A stretch of DNA of 64,000 bases from an uncultured Verrucomicrobiae bacterium (lineage in GTDB: Bacteria; Verrucomicrobiota; Verrucomicrobiia; Chthoniobacterales; Terrimicrobiaceae). Below are positions 33,078 through 47,733 of this stretch, piece by piece. The position numbers were made by a program, and so were the translations under genes. The stretch spans positions 1-64,000 of the forward strand of contig CAVPOC010000005.1 in NCBI GenBank assembly GCA_963706955.1. The letters are read 5' to 3'. Below the pieces are notes generated by a model. The model was given only the letters and a program-made list of their open reading frames with translations, searched no databases and was not told where the DNA came from. Position 1 is the first letter of the stretch. The number at the start of each line of letters is the position of its first letter.

Positions 33078-33623
33078 ATGAAACCTAAACTGCTGCAGGC
33101 GAGCGCAGCTATCGCTGTTGTGGCCATCTCCACTTCTGGTTGTGAAAACCTTACGCCAGGTGAGAACGCTGCGGTCTTTGGAACCGCGGCGGGGCTGGCG
33201 ACGGGAATTCCTCTGGTGGCCAGCGGCGTCAACCCGAATATTGCCATTCCGGTGACCGCAGGCGCCGTCGCCGTCGCCGCCGTCGGCGCCTATATTATCG
33301 CAAAGCATCAGGCCACTGAACGTCAGCGAAAAATTGCCGAACAACGCGCGCGCCTCTATATGGCCAGACAGGAAGCTGCCCGCAAGGCGGCTGCCTCGCA
33401 GCCGTCTGCGACCGCTAGAAAAAAGCCGTCCAAACCCCGATATATCGCCGTGAAGACGGTTAAGGAGGAGAACAGCAAAGGTAAAGACCAGGTGATGATT
33501 TTCGACACTCAGAGCAACGAGATCGTCGGAAATAATGTCTATGATCTCAAGGCGGCGCCCCAAGTCGGACAGACCAGCAAATTCGACACCTACACTGCCG
33601 AGTATGTCGGCACGGGATCTTAG
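33078..33623 (+). CDS. Hypothetical lipoprotein with glycine-zipper-like segment
   Basis: Lipobox TSGC-ENLTPGENA, hydrophobic G/A-rich stretch, YIAVKT...VMIFDTQS.EIVGNNVYD. Confidence 0.75.
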   Translation: MKPKLLQASAAIAVVAISTSGCENLTPGENAAVFGTAAGLATGIPLVASGVNPNIAIPVTAGAVAVAAVGAYIIAKHQATERQRKIAEQRARLYMARQEAARKAAASQPSATARKKPSKPRYIAVKTVKEENSKGKDQVMIFDTQSNEIVGNNVYDLKAAPQVGQTSKFDTYTAEYVGTGS

Positions 33624-33751
33624 GCGATTAAGCGATAATGCGCCTGCTCCGCAGATTCGAAACTTTGTAGAAACGCTTGTGCCAAGCGCCTATAGATTTG
33701 GGCGAATCCCTCGTGCGGATTCCGCGGATCATTCCCTCCCGCAAGCCGACC

Positions 33752-34519
33752 TCATTCGATAAAGGAAAACAGGGAACGGACGGCGTGGTGATCGGAAGCG
33801 GACGTGGGAATGACCGAGCACGCCTCCAGCCGCAAACGCCGATTATAAAAGATATGGTCGATCACGAAGGGCATCCTGCGCCAGGTGATCTGAGAATATT
33901 GGGAGGGCTGAAAGCCCGCCCGCTTGAACTGCTCGACCAATGTCTCGCCGGGTGCGCAATTGAAGTCACCACCGAGCAGGGTCGGCCCTTGAGACCTTCT
34001 TAGCTCGACCTCGAGCCGATCACGCTGGGTATGATGGTCGTTGCTCGAGGCGTTGATCATGAAGAATGCTTGCAGATGCGTGTTAATAATCCGCAGAGGA
34101 TAGCCATCAATCTCTGTCTCCGCGCCAATCATCAGCCGATGCGAGGGTTTGCGCATCACTCCACCGAACTCAAAGGCAATCTCTGCAGGCGGGAGATCCT
34201 TGCGAACAAAATTCTTTAGCGGTGACTTGGAAAAGATCGCCAGGCCCAAGCCAAAGGGAATCTCCATTTTATTCGGGCGCGGATAGGCAAAACAGGAATC
34301 GTATCCCGTAAGTTCCGCCCTGAGTCGCTCATAGTGCGGAGGTGGTTCGATCTGCCCGCCGCCGTCATAGCCTCGTTCGACCTCCTGAAGAAAGATAACG
34401 TCGGCGTCTTGTTCACCAAGAAAGGCTATGGAACTGCCGAGACTGACCTCATCCTGGTCTGGATCTTCTTCGTTCCAGACCTGCCCGTTTTGCATGTTAA
34501 AGGTCAGCGCGCTAAACAT
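33752..34519 (-). CDS. Endonuclease/exonuclease/phosphatase family protein
   Basis: TFNM, LQEV, THL, GDFN, IDHIF, SDH. Confidence 0.9.
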   Translation of the reverse strand: MFSALTFNMQNGQVWNEEDPDQDEVSLGSSIAFLGEQDADVIFLQEVERGYDGGGQIEPPPHYERLRAELTGYDSCFAYPRPNKMEIPFGLGLAIFSKSPLKNFVRKDLPPAEIAFEFGGVMRKPSHRLMIGAETEIDGYPLRIINTHLQAFFMINASSNDHHTQRDRLEVELRRSQGPTLLGGDFNCAPGETLVEQFKRAGFQPSQYSQITWRRMPFVIDHIFYNRRLRLEACSVIPTSASDHHAVRSLFSFIE

Positions 34520-34839
34520 CGTCTCTTGCCCGCCTTGTCAATGCTTGCTGGCGAATGATGTGTTCCCCCACACCGAGGACAAGGCGGAGATACCATGCAC
34601 AAACTCTGGACGATTCGTCACGGCGAAAGCGCTTAGCAAGGAAAATCGCCAAGTCGTCGATCCCTAACTGCGGAGATCGCGCTCGCAAGCCGCAAAATTA
34701 CCTGGCTGGGGCAACGGCGCGTCTGCTTTGTAACGTCGGGAAGACCTGCTGGCGCGCGGATTCGATTAGGCCAGCCAAAGGAAGCTTCGCTCTAAGCCAA
34801 CGCCTCACTTCTAAAGGAGAGCCCCTGGCTTCTCCAGAT

Positions 34840-37386
34840 TCACTCCTCCTCCCCGGCTTCGCTGACGACTGGAGCAATGTCTTGAAGCTTTTCTCCTTCA
34901 CGTAAGTCTATGAGCTTGACGCCTTGGGCGTTGCGCCCGGTTTCGCGTATCTCCGCAACGCGAGTCCGGACCATTTTACCCTTGTTGGTGATCAGCATGA
35001 TCTCATCGGCGTCGCGGACGGTGAGCGCTCCGGCGACTCCACCGGTCTTCTCATTTGTCTTCATCGTGATGATCCCCTTCCCGCCACGGCTCTGCACCCG
35101 GTACTCCTCGAAACTCGTCCGCTTCCCAAGGCCGTTTTCTCCGGCGACGAGAAGTTGGGCGTCCTTATTCACGACCGCGGCAGCGACAACATAGTCGCCT
35201 TTTTCCGGACGAATTCCCCACACGCCAACGGTATCGCGTCCTTGATCGCGCATTTCTTCCTCATGAAAGCGAATGCTCATTCCGTCGTGGGTGATCAGCA
35301 CGATTTCATCTTGCCCATTCGTCAACCGGCATTCGATGAGGCGATCGTCATCCTCAATCTTGATGGCGATGATTCCTCCTTTGCGAATGTTCTTAAAATC
35401 ACTAAGATTGGATTTCTTAACGATGCCGCTGCGCGTCGAAAAGGCCACGTGCAACTTTTGACTCCAAGTTTCCTCGTCGCTCTTTTGTGCTTGGACGCGG
35501 ATGGTTGCGGCGATCTTTTCTTCATTGCGCAGTTCGAGGAGGTTGGCGATTGAACGGCCTTTGCTGGCGCGTGAACCCTCGGGAATCTCGAAGACTCGCT
35601 CGACGTAACAGCGACCGCTCTGGGTAAAGAACATCAGGTAATCGTGGGTCGTGGCAGTGAAGAGATGCTCCACGAAATCACTGTCTTCGATGGTCTCCCC
35701 TTCCCGCGCGGTCATCCCGATCACTCCCTTTCCCCCGCGCTTCTGTGCCCGATACGCACTAACCAGGGTGCGCTTGATGAAACCATTGTGCGTTAGGGTG
35801 ACGATGACGCCCTCGTTGGCGATGAGATCCTCAATGGCCATCTCGCCTTCCGCGCTCACGATCTGTGTGCGCCGCCCGGCTCCATGCTTGCTTTGGATCG
35901 CCCGTAGCTCCGTCTTGATGATCTTCAAGACGCGTGCCTCTTTGGCGATAATGTCGGAAAGATCTTTGATCGTTTCGAGCAGGGTATCGTATTCCTTTTT
36001 GATACTCTCGCGCTCGAGGCCGGTGAGTTGATAGAGGCGCAAGTCGAGAATGTGGCCGACCTGCTTTTCGGTGAATCGATACCTCCCTTCGACAATCCGA
36101 GCCTCATCGCGCACAAGGATGCCAATCTGCTCGACGGCTTTGCGAGTCCACGAGAGCGCCAGCAACTTAGCTTTGGCATCGTCACGGTCCCGTGAATCGC
36201 GAATGATCTTTATGAACTCATCGAGGTTCGCCAGAGCGATGAGGTAGCCTTCAAGTTTTTCAGCCTCGACTTCAGCCTGCCGGAGAAGAAAGCGTGTCCG
36301 GCGCAGGACAACCTCGCGCCGGTGCTCAATGTAGCAAGACATCGCGTCCTTGAGCGAGAGAAGCTTGGGCTTGCCTCCGTCGATCGCCAGCATGTTGACG
36401 CTGAAGGAAGATTCGAGGGCGGTGTGCTTGTAGAGATTGTTGATGAGGACCTTTGGGTTACCGTCTCGCTTCAGTTCAATGACCACGCGGGTATTCTCAT
36501 CCGATTCATCGCGAACATCACTGACGCTCTGGAGGACTTTTTCGTTGACCAGCTCGGCAATCCGCTTGACGAGCTCTGCGCGGTTCACTCCAAAAGGAAT
36601 TTCCGTGACGATAATATTCTCGCGACCGCCTTTAACTTCCTCGGTCGCCAGGCGAGCACGCACACGCACCGATCCGCGGCCTGTCTCGAAGTAAGATCTT
36701 ATGCCCGCCATGCCCTGAATAAGGCAACCCGTCGGAAAGTCCGGTCCTTTGATGTGTTGCATCAAGCCTTCGATAACGATGTCGGGATCGTCGATCAGCG
36801 CGCAAAGACCGTCGATTACTTCGCTTAGATTGTGCGGCGGGATGTTCGTGGCCATGCCGACGGCAATGCCGGTGCCACCATTGATCAAGAGGTTGGGAAA
36901 CGAGGCGGGGAAGACGACGGGCTCGGTCAGCCGCTCATCGTAGTTGGGCACAAAATCCACCGTATCCTTTTCGAGATCGTCAAGGAGTGTGCCACCTACC
37001 GGGGTAAACCGCGCCTCGGTGTACCGCATGGCCGCCGGCGGATCGCCTTCGACAGATCCGAAGTTGCCTTGAGGATCCACCAGCGTCTCGCGCATCGCCC
37101 AATTCTGCGCCATGTGCACCAACGTCGGATAAATGACCGCTTCGCCGTGCGGGTGATAATTGCCCGAGGTATCGCCGCAAATCTTTGCACATTTCATATG
37201 CTTGCGCGGCGGATAGAGACTCAGCTCGTGCATGGCATAGAGAATGCGGCGCTGCGAAGGCTTGAGCCCATCGCGGGCGTCCGGCAAAGCTCGTGAAATA
37301 ATAACCGACATCGAATAGTCGAGGAACGACTTCGACATCTCCTCGGCGACATCGACTTTCTCGACGCGTTCGTTGTGCGTATACAT
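34840..37386 (-). CDS. gyrA: DNA gyrase subunit A
   Basis: [24 protein letters not shown], GyrA-box QKRGGKG, CTD repeats. Confidence 0.98.
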   Translation of the reverse strand: MYTHNERVEKVDVAEEMSKSFLDYSMSVIISRALPDARDGLKPSQRRILYAMHELSLYPPRKHMKCAKICGDTSGNYHPHGEAVIYPTLVHMAQNWAMRETLVDPQGNFGSVEGDPPAAMRYTEARFTPVGGTLLDDLEKDTVDFVPNYDERLTEPVVFPASFPNLLINGGTGIAVGMATNIPPHNLSEVIDGLCALIDDPDIVIEGLMQHIKGPDFPTGCLIQGMAGIRSYFETGRGSVRVRARLATEEVKGGRENIIVTEIPFGVNRAELVKRIAELVNEKVLQSVSDVRDESDENTRVVIELKRDGNPKVLINNLYKHTALESSFSVNMLAIDGGKPKLLSLKDAMSCYIEHRREVVLRRTRFLLRQAEVEAEKLEGYLIALANLDEFIKIIRDSRDRDDAKAKLLALSWTRKAVEQIGILVRDEARIVEGRYRFTEKQVGHILDLRLYQLTGLERESIKKEYDTLLETIKDLSDIIAKEARVLKIIKTELRAIQSKHGAGRRTQIVSAEGEMAIEDLIANEGVIVTLTHNGFIKRTLVSAYRAQKRGGKGVIGMTAREGETIEDSDFVEHLFTATTHDYLMFFTQSGRCYVERVFEIPEGSRASKGRSIANLLELRNEEKIAATIRVQAQKSDEETWSQKLHVAFSTRSGIVKKSNLSDFKNIRKGGIIAIKIEDDDRLIECRLTNGQDEIVLITHDGMSIRFHEEEMRDQGRDTVGVWGIRPEKGDYVVAAAVVNKDAQLLVAGENGLGKRTSFEEYRVQSRGGKGIITMKTNEKTGGVAGALTVRDADEIMLITNKGKMVRTRVAEIRETGRNAQGVKLIDLREGEKLQDIAPVVSEAGEEE

Positions 37387-37483
37387 GCGAGGTCAACTAG
37401 TGGGGCGATGCGACCTTTGCCTGCGAAGCAACGATCGCCAGAAAACCGATCATGCCGCTTCGAGGCTCCTGTGCGGATTAGCC

Positions 37484-40065
<2,582 letters not shown>

Positions 40066-40211
40066 CAAAATCTCTACAAAATTTGCAAATATCTATAAAC
40101 CCCAGAAGATACGAATGCTCGGCCTGATACACAATGTTTTTTTACCCTAGAAAGCGGTCCAATATGCAGCATTTAGTGGGGCCGGCCTCTCGCTCCCACA
40201 AGATATTGGGG

Positions 40212-41775
40212 GTGATAGGCAAAAAATCGCTCCGTTAGCCGGAATTGTCGTTTGCCTGGGGATCTTTGGCTTTCTTCAAGCTCACAAAGCTCGGTTTATC
40301 TTCCTGCCGGACGGGGTGCACTTCGTCGATGCGGACTGCTATTCACGGATGACGCGGGCGCGAATCATTTCGGCGCAACCAGGCACCTTGATCACTCGGC
40401 ACGCGTTCGAGAACTATCCTTATGGAGTTCGTCCGCATACGACCGCACCGATGGATTACTTGATCGTTGGATTCGGTCGGCTTCTCGGCGCCGGAGTAGA
40501 TCTAGATATCGCGGGTGCGTGGATTTCACCTTTTTGGGCGGCTTCCTCATCATACTGGCAGGGCTTTGGGCTGAGGCAAGACCATCCCCTATCGATGGAG
40601 CATGATGGTGCTTCTCTCTACTTCGCCAGTGATCCTTCACGGCTTCGCGGTGGGCAGGCCCGACCACCAGTCGCTAATCTTGCTCTTAGATCGCTAGCGG
40701 GCTAATGGCTGAAGCGGTTCTGTGGACGAGCCGGTCGTCGGCGACTTCATTATGGTGGGGACTTTCCTGGGGTGGCGCGCTTTGGGTATCGTGGTTTGAA
40801 CCGCTTCTGATTCTGGCACTTGTGCTAAGTGTCCGCGTGGTGGTGTGGCGCAGTCAATGCCCTGGCGAAAACCTGGATCCCCTCCCTGGCGATGCGCAGC
40901 AATCGATTGCCTTGTTAGCGATTCTGCTTGAGGGGCTTCCTAGCGATGGTCTTGAGCGAAATCCGATGTCCTCGTTCCTGCAGTGGGCTGGCAGAATCGG
41001 CGAATTGCAATCATTCAATCCAGTCTCCGCCTCGATCGCCTGGATCGGGTGGCTATCTCTGCTTTTGCCATTCGGATTGGCATGGATGGCATATACAGCG
41101 AAATGAAACGATCTGCTGGCTGTGGCTGGTGCTTTTGCTCTCCATGGGTGCACTGACCGGCTGGCATGCGAGATGGGGCTATTTTCTTGCCGTGAGCGGG
41201 GCACTTGCGATGCCGTTTGCGCTGGCGATAGTTCGCCAGCACTGGCTTGGCTACGCGCTTTTCATCGCAAGTCTCTGGCCGGTCGCTCTGACGCTTGACA
41301 ATGAGCTATTTCCGCATGGAAAAACCGCGCGTTACCGTAATTGGATAACCTCCACGAAACCCAGCAACTTCGTCGTGCGGCCGAGGACATCAAGAGTCGT
41401 GACGGTGACGGAATTCTCGCTCCGTGGTGGCTGACACCTCAATTGGTTTATTGGTCCGGAAAAAAATGGTGTTGCGGGCAGTTCACACGAAAGTCTGGCA
41501 GGCACTCTGGATACTGCTCGCTTCTTCACTTCACAGGATGAAGAGGAAGCCAGGTCCATTCTCCGAATGAGCGGAGGCTGGATTTCGTCGTGGTCTGCGA
41601 CGCGGACCGACTGCTTGACAATTCCTACACCGTGCTCGGCCAAACAAGTGAACCGAATCAATCAACTCGCGGTCACCCTGTTTCGAACCCCCTCCCGATC
41701 TCCAAACTACCTGCATCTAATGTCGCAAAATCCATACTTCAAGATCTACAGGTCGATAAAGAGTTGCTCAAGTAA
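40212..41775 (+). CDS. STT3/AglB-like GT-C membrane protein (many indels)
   Basis: FVDADCYSRMTR..FENYPYG..PHTTAPMD, GRPDHQ, many TM helices, C-terminal ILAPWW....YWSG. Confidence 0.5.
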
Positions 41776-41969
41776 CCTTTCGTCGGATAACTCGTGCACA
41801 TTATGGCCCTATTTGTTGCGCGTAACAATCTCTACAAGACCTTCTGAATCTTGGGGATAATGACTTGCTTTGATTCAAAAAGATCGGGTGATTGCCGCAG
41901 TGGGATAGTCTTCGCACTTTTCTCGGGCGAATTGCGTTTTTCTGCTCCAGATGGTCTGATTGACTTGAA

Positions 41970-44900
41970 TTGAAAACAGCGTCCACAGGAGCTCCGGCAA
42001 TCCGCATTTTTCTCTCGTCGCCGGGCGACGTTGCGCATGAGCGACGAATAGCTCGTGAGGTAATTAGCCGATTAAACGCCGAGCTTGCCGAGCGTGTTTT
42101 TCTTGAGACCTACTTCTGGGAATACGAACCTTTCGACTTTTCAAAATCTTTCCAAGCTCAGATACCGAATCCGGCCGATTTCGACGTGGTCCTCTGTTTT
42201 TTATGGTCACGACTTGGCTCGCGATTGCACTCCGCCAGCAAGCTTCCCGATGGCTCCCCCGCCCAATCCGGGACGGAATATGAAATTGCCCATGCCTTGG
42301 AGGGCCAGAAACGGCGAGCCGGGGTGCCGGAACTTCATGTCTGGATCAATCGAACAATTCCACCGTTTCCTCCTGATCCCTCCGGAGGTTCACGACGAAC
42401 GCATCGCTCAGTGGCGCGCCCTCAAACAATTTATTGATCGGTGGACGCGTGATACGAGCGAGGATGTTTTTGTCGGGTCTTTCACCGACTATAAGACTCT
42501 CGCTGAGTTCGAGGAACTGATCGAGATCAAGCTGCGCAAGATCGTTGAGCGTCGATGCCCCCAGCTTCCGGAGCGTCCGACGGGCGAGATTCCGGTGCGA
42601 GCGACTTGGACCGCAGGCTCGCCGTTTCGTGGGTTGGAACCGTTCGAGTTCGAGCACGCTCCGATCTTCTTCGGCCGCACTGGTGCCATCGGGGCGGCGT
42701 TGGAGAGCCTGAGAAAAACGCAGATCGATAAGGATGATCCGCGAGGGTTCCTCCTGATGCTGGGTGCCTCCGGATCGGGGAAGTCATCTCTGGCGCGGGC
42801 CGGTGTGATGCCCACGCTGGTGGAACCAGGCGTCATCGATGGAATCGGCCTATGGAGGCGGGCGGTAATGAAGCCTTCGGATGCTGAGGGCAACGTGTTC
42901 TTGGGGCTGGCCCAAGCCGTGCTCAGTGAAAGTGGTTTACCCGAGCTGGTGGTCCATGGATCGACAGCGGAGACACTGGCACAACGATTTCAGCAAGGCG
43001 GAGCGGAAGCCATGCTCGAGAAAGATTCAGAGCGGACTCCTCATTGCCAGTGAACGGGAACGGGCCAGACAGGAGGTCGAGATCAGCGAGCTAATTCATA
43101 AATATCGCGCTGAAAATCGCAACGCTGACGCGCAGGCTTTAGAAGCGTCGCCTCCGAACTCTGGCTCCACCTAAGCCATGTTTGGCACTGCTAATTGATC
43201 AGCTTGATGAGCTTTTTACCGGTGATGTCTCTCCGGAAAACCGCGAAAGCCTTTGTCGAGATGATGGCCCGCCTGGCTCGTTCGGGGTTTGCCGTGATTC
43301 TGACCACATTGCGCAGCGATTTCTATCACCGGGTTGCGGAATACCCGGTCCTCCTCGAACTCGCTCAGGGCACTGCTTCCTACCATCTGGCGCCACCCAC
43401 GCTTGTGGAAATCGGCCAGATCATCCGCAAACCTGCGCAAGTGGCTGGCCTGCGCTTTGACGTCGAGCCACAAAATCGCCAGTCTCTTGACGAAGCTCTT
43501 CGCGATGCCGCCGCGCAGGATCCCCAGGTTCTGCCTTTGCTGGAGTTTGCACTCGAGGAGCTTTACGTGCGCCAGGCGCAACGTGGGGACGGGATCCTGC
43601 GGTGGGAAGACTACGAGTCGTTCAACCGCTTGGAGGGCGTAATTGCCCATAAGGCAGACGAATGCCTCGCTGTCCTCCCTCAAGATCGTCAAGCACCGTG
43701 TCTGAATGCGGTTTTCGGTAAGCTCCTTTCACTTTCTGCCGGCGCGAACGTGCCCGTGCGTCGAACAGCGCTCTACGATGATCTCCTCGTGAACCCGTAT
43801 CGAAAATCCGAAACGGATTCGTCAGAGTTGCCCGGAGCCCGGACGTTTGTTGATTCCTTCATCGATGCCCGTCTTCTCGTGGGGACCCAGGGAGAAAATG
43901 GCAAGCGCGCGGTGAGCGTCGCTCATGAAGCTTTGTTGCGCTCCTGGCCGCGCTTGAAATCTTGGATTGCCTCGAATCGTGAAAAGCTGCGAATCCGCAA
44001 CCAAATTGACCGTTCGCAGGCCGATTGGCTTGCCAACGGAAAACACCCCTCGCTGCTTTTGACCGCGGGACTTCCCCTCAACCTCGCCGAAAATCTGCAG
44101 AAAGAGGCCCCTGAGCTCCTTTCGCGCGATCTCGACGAATACATATCTGCTTCCCTCAGTCACGATCGCACCCGGCGACAACGAAAGCGCTACACAATTG
44201 GTGCGGTCATTGCGGGCCTCTCTGTGCTCGGCATCATCGCCACGGTGGCGGGCGTTCACGGCGGCAAGAAACGCCAGGCAAGCAATCGTGGAGCGGGACC
44301 GTGCTGAGAATCTCGTCTCCTTCATGGTTTATGACCTTCAGAAGAAGCTCGAACCCATCGGCCGGCTGGAGCTCTTGAAGGATATCCATCAAAGGGCGTT
44401 CGAATATTTCGAAGGCGTTGGGGAAACGGCAGACACGAGGAGTCTCGACAGGAAGACCGACGCTCTGATCAATCGCGGCGTTCAGTTGTTCGCTGCCGGT
44501 CAATTGCCCGAAGCTCGGCAAAGCTTTGAACAGGCCGTGGATCTATCCACGAAGTTAGCTGCCGAAAATCCTCCCAAACGGAATGGCAGCATAATTTGGG
44601 GACCGGCTACCAGCAGATTGGCAATGTCTCAGCTGCGGAAGGTAATCTAACAAGAGCGTTGGAGGCGTATGAGGATTCAAGAAAGCTTCTCGAGAAGCTG
44701 ATCGCACAGGACCCAAGCAACTCTCTTTGGCAACGAGACTTATCCGGAGCGCTGGAGAAGATCGGCGACGTTCAATCCAGGCAGGGAAAACTGGGCGAAG
44801 CTTTGCAAACTCATCAGAGAGCCCGGGCCATCCGGCAGGCCTTTAGTGACAAGGATCCCAGCGAGAATCAATGGCGCCGCGACCTTGCGATCAGCGATGC

Positions 44901-45973
44901 CAAGCTGGGGGTAGTTCTCATGAGGCAGGGCAAACTCGACGAAGCATATCAGGCTTTTAAGAACTCACACGAACTTATTGTTTCATTGACCAAGCTCGAT
45001 CCGAATAATCTGAGCTGGCAGAGTGATTTGTCGACAACGTTCCTCCGAATTGGAGATGTGCTTACTCGCCAAGGGAAGCTCTCCGAGGCCTTTGAGGCAT
45101 ACCAACGTTGTTATGCCATCCGTAAATCGCTCGTCGAGCGCGATTCCGCCAATTCGATTTGGCAGAACGATCTCTCCGCAAGTCTTAGTAAACTGGGAGA
45201 CGCACTCGAAGCTCAAGGCAAGCATGAAGAGGCCGTCAAGATTTACTACGATTCCCTCGAGATCAGGAACCTTCTGGCGTACCAAAATCCATCGAATGCG
45301 ATTCTGCAGAGCGGCATCGCGATTAATCTCGAGAAGGTCGGCGATGTTCTGATGGCAGAAAACAAAACCCCACAGGCGCTCGGTATATACCAGCAGACTT
45401 TGGCCATTCGCAGAACACTGGCGGATAAAGATCCTTCGAACGCGGGTTGGAAGCGCGGCCTCTGCTCGAGTCTGGAGAAGATGGGTGATGCTCTGACGAA
45501 ACTCGGAAGTATCGACGAAGCGCAGGAAGTCTACGGCGAAGCGTTGCGAGATTCGAAAGACGCTCGCCGAGCAGGATACCTCTAATTTGGGCGCAAGACA
45601 TGAGCTCTCGAGTGTGCTGGAGAAACTTGGAAACGTGTCTTTGTCTCAAAATAAAGTTCAGGACGCGGTCCGCTCATACACGGAATCGCTCAAGGTCCGT
45701 GAAGAGTTGGTTAATCGCGAGCCTGGCAACGCTGAGTGGCAGAAAGGTCTCGCGCAAGTCCTCGCGCAACTCGGCGCAGCCGCGCAAAAACAAGGGCAGA
45801 TCGATCTTGCGAAACAGCACTATCAGAGAAGCCTCGACATTCGCCAGGCTCTCACCAATTCCGACGGAAAGAAGAGCGGGTCGAATGAAGAAATTATCAA
45901 GCTTCAGGGGCAGCTTGATGCTCTCACTACTCCGGCGATTGCGCCGCCCCAAGACTCCGTCGCGAGTCCGTGA
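41970..45973 (+). CDS. DUF4062/TIR-like + nSTAND1 NTPase + TM + TPR protein (NLR-like), several indels
   Basis: IFLSSPGDV..ER..W...SGTEYE; SPFRGLEPF..FFGR, GASGSGKSSL, IDQLDELF, TLRSDFY, LPLLEFAL, AHEALLRSWPRL; TM near 44190-44256; ~48-aa TPR repeats (DPSN..WQRDL). Confidence 0.85.
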
Positions 45974-46009
45974 AGAGGCTGACTGCACGAGTTCACCGCT
46001 CGCGGCAGA

Positions 46010-46975
46010 TTACCGGCTGGCATTCGGCTTCCTTTTCCCCTGCGACGGATTAGCTTTCAAGCGTTCGGCTTCTTTCGCTTTTTTTTGTTCCGAGCGGATG
46101 AGGAGTCTGCCCATAAAAGTATCTCCGACGCGAGACGTGAGCGCGTCAGCGGAGTTCAAAAGTTCATTTGCCTTGCGCCGGAGTGCACGTCGCTCCGAAG
46201 GCGTCTCTCCGAAAACGTCGCGAAGATCATTGTGAACCTCGTCAAACCGCTTGTCCGAAGATCGAAAAAAGTTCCCCGTCTGATCGACCAGTAGGCGCGA
46301 CTTGGCAATCAACGAATCATCGTCCGACCGATCCAGTTCATTGCCGAGTCTCTCTGCGACCACCCGCCACGTTTCGAGAAGACGATCGAGCTTGGTGTCC
46401 GGTCCAGCCGAAAGGTCCTCGGCTGGCGCATTGAGTTGGTCGAAAGTTCTCTGAATTGACCGCGAGAGGTCTCTCACCGCCTCGGTCGCATCGTCGACCG
46501 ATTGCTTGGCGGGCGCGATGCGAAACTCGTGTCCAATCAGATTATAGCCGCCCACCGGATCGAAGATGAGTTCGATACCGGAAGCAAGGAACCCACCGGT
46601 CAAGGCGCTGGTTTGCAGTCTGGCTTCGTTGCTGAAGCGCCAATCCTTGCCGCCATAATCTTTTTGAATTCGCGCGACGAGTCGGATTTCGATGGTTCCG
46701 TCTGACTTCAATTGCGGTTTACCCACCCGCTCGATGACGCCGATTCTGACGCCACGGCACACGACTGGGCTCTTGTCTCTGCGGATGCCCGTCACGTCTT
46801 CAGCGATGAAGACAGTTTCGATCGAGTCTTCATCCAACGGAACCATGAAATCCACCGCGGTTTGCTTAACAACTTCCAATTTGCGCACCCAGAGCACATA
46901 GGCCACCAAGGCCAGGAGGAAAGCTCCAATCAACAGGTTGATCAGAATGCTTTTCTGGACCGAGCTCAAGCGCAT
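46010..46975 (-). CDS. MlaD/MCE-family protein
   Basis: N-terminal TM, DVTGIRRDKSPV..RGVRIG.I MCE motif, helical C-terminus. Confidence 0.7.
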   Translation of the reverse strand: MRLSSVQKSILINLLIGAFLLALVAYVLWVRKLEVVKQTAVDFMVPLDEDSIETVFIAEDVTGIRRDKSPVVCRGVRIGVIERVGKPQLKSDGTIEIRLVARIQKDYGGKDWRFSNEARLQTSALTGGFLASGIELIFDPVGGYNLIGHEFRIAPAKQSVDDATEAVRDLSRSIQRTFDQLNAPAEDLSAGPDTKLDRLLETWRVVAERLGNELDRSDDDSLIAKSRLLVDQTGNFFRSSDKRFDEVHNDLRDVFGETPSERRALRRKANELLNSADALTSRVGDTFMGRLLIRSEQKKAKEAERLKANPSQGKRKPNASR

Positions 46976-47000
46976 CTTCTAAGCCTTGGATGAGATTTCT

Positions 47001-47729
47001 TCACGGCCTGTTCAATTGCCTCTCGGCCGCGGAAGGGACTTCCTCCCGAGCCAGCCCCAATGGTAACGAGAGGGGTGCCTGGGCGGGCGAGAGGTCAAGA
47101 TAGCGAGTGGGTAAGTTGTCTAAGCCTTTAGCATCGGCCGTAAAGAGCGCAATCGCATCCACCGCCCCAATTCTTAGGACCGCGGAAAGGAGCTCCAAAA
47201 TTCGCGTTCGCTTCTGCGAAGACATTCCCAATGTCGGTTCCTCAAGCAAGACAATCCTGGTGCCGTGGGCGAGTGCCCGCGCCACCGCCACGCAGCGTCG
47301 TTCTCCGTCCAGGATTTCGTGGGGGTATTTGTTGGCTTTGTCGGCAACGCCAACCAGAGCCAATCTCAGCCGCGCCTGCTCCTTGATCGTTTCATCCGAC
47401 AGCCTCTCGCCTCCGAGCGCCTGACGACAACGATAGGGAAGCACCACGTTGTCGAAAACCGTCAACGAGTGGATCAGGCCGCTATGCTGAAAGGCAATAC
47501 CCAGCGACGAGACGAGTTGGCGGCGCGTCCGCGAATTCGAGAACGTCTGACCGTAATACCGGATTGAGCCTGCTATGGGAGTTCTCAAGCCCGCCAGGTA
47601 AGACAATAGTTGGCTCTTTCCCGAACCGCTTGGACCAACAACGGCCAAGATCTCGCCATAGTCGAGACGGTTCGAAATGGGATCGCTCCGGGCGACGTTA
47701 AGCCTCAGGCCCTCGAATTCCATGGGCAT
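47001..47729 (-). CDS. MlaF-like ABC ATP-binding protein (divergent)
   Basis: GPSGSGKS, FQHSGLIHSLTVFDNV; signature ILDGE, Walker B LLEEP, H-loop FTAD. Confidence 0.8.
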   Translation of the reverse strand: MPMEFEGLRLNVARSDPISNRLDYGEILAVVGPSGSGKSQLLSYLAGLRTPIAGSIRYYGQTFSNSRTRRQLVSSLGIAFQHSGLIHSLTVFDNVVLPYRCRQALGGERLSDETIKEQARLRLALVGVADKANKYPHEILDGERRCVAVARALAHGTRIVLLEEPTLGMSSQKRTRILELLSAVLRIGAVDAIALFTADAKGLDNLPTRYLDLSPAQAPLSLPLGLAREEVPSAAERQLNRP

Positions 47730-47733
47730 TTGC

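Noticed and set aside
44600..45850. ~144-bp periodicity
   Set aside because: Explained by TPR repeats in the STAND protein.
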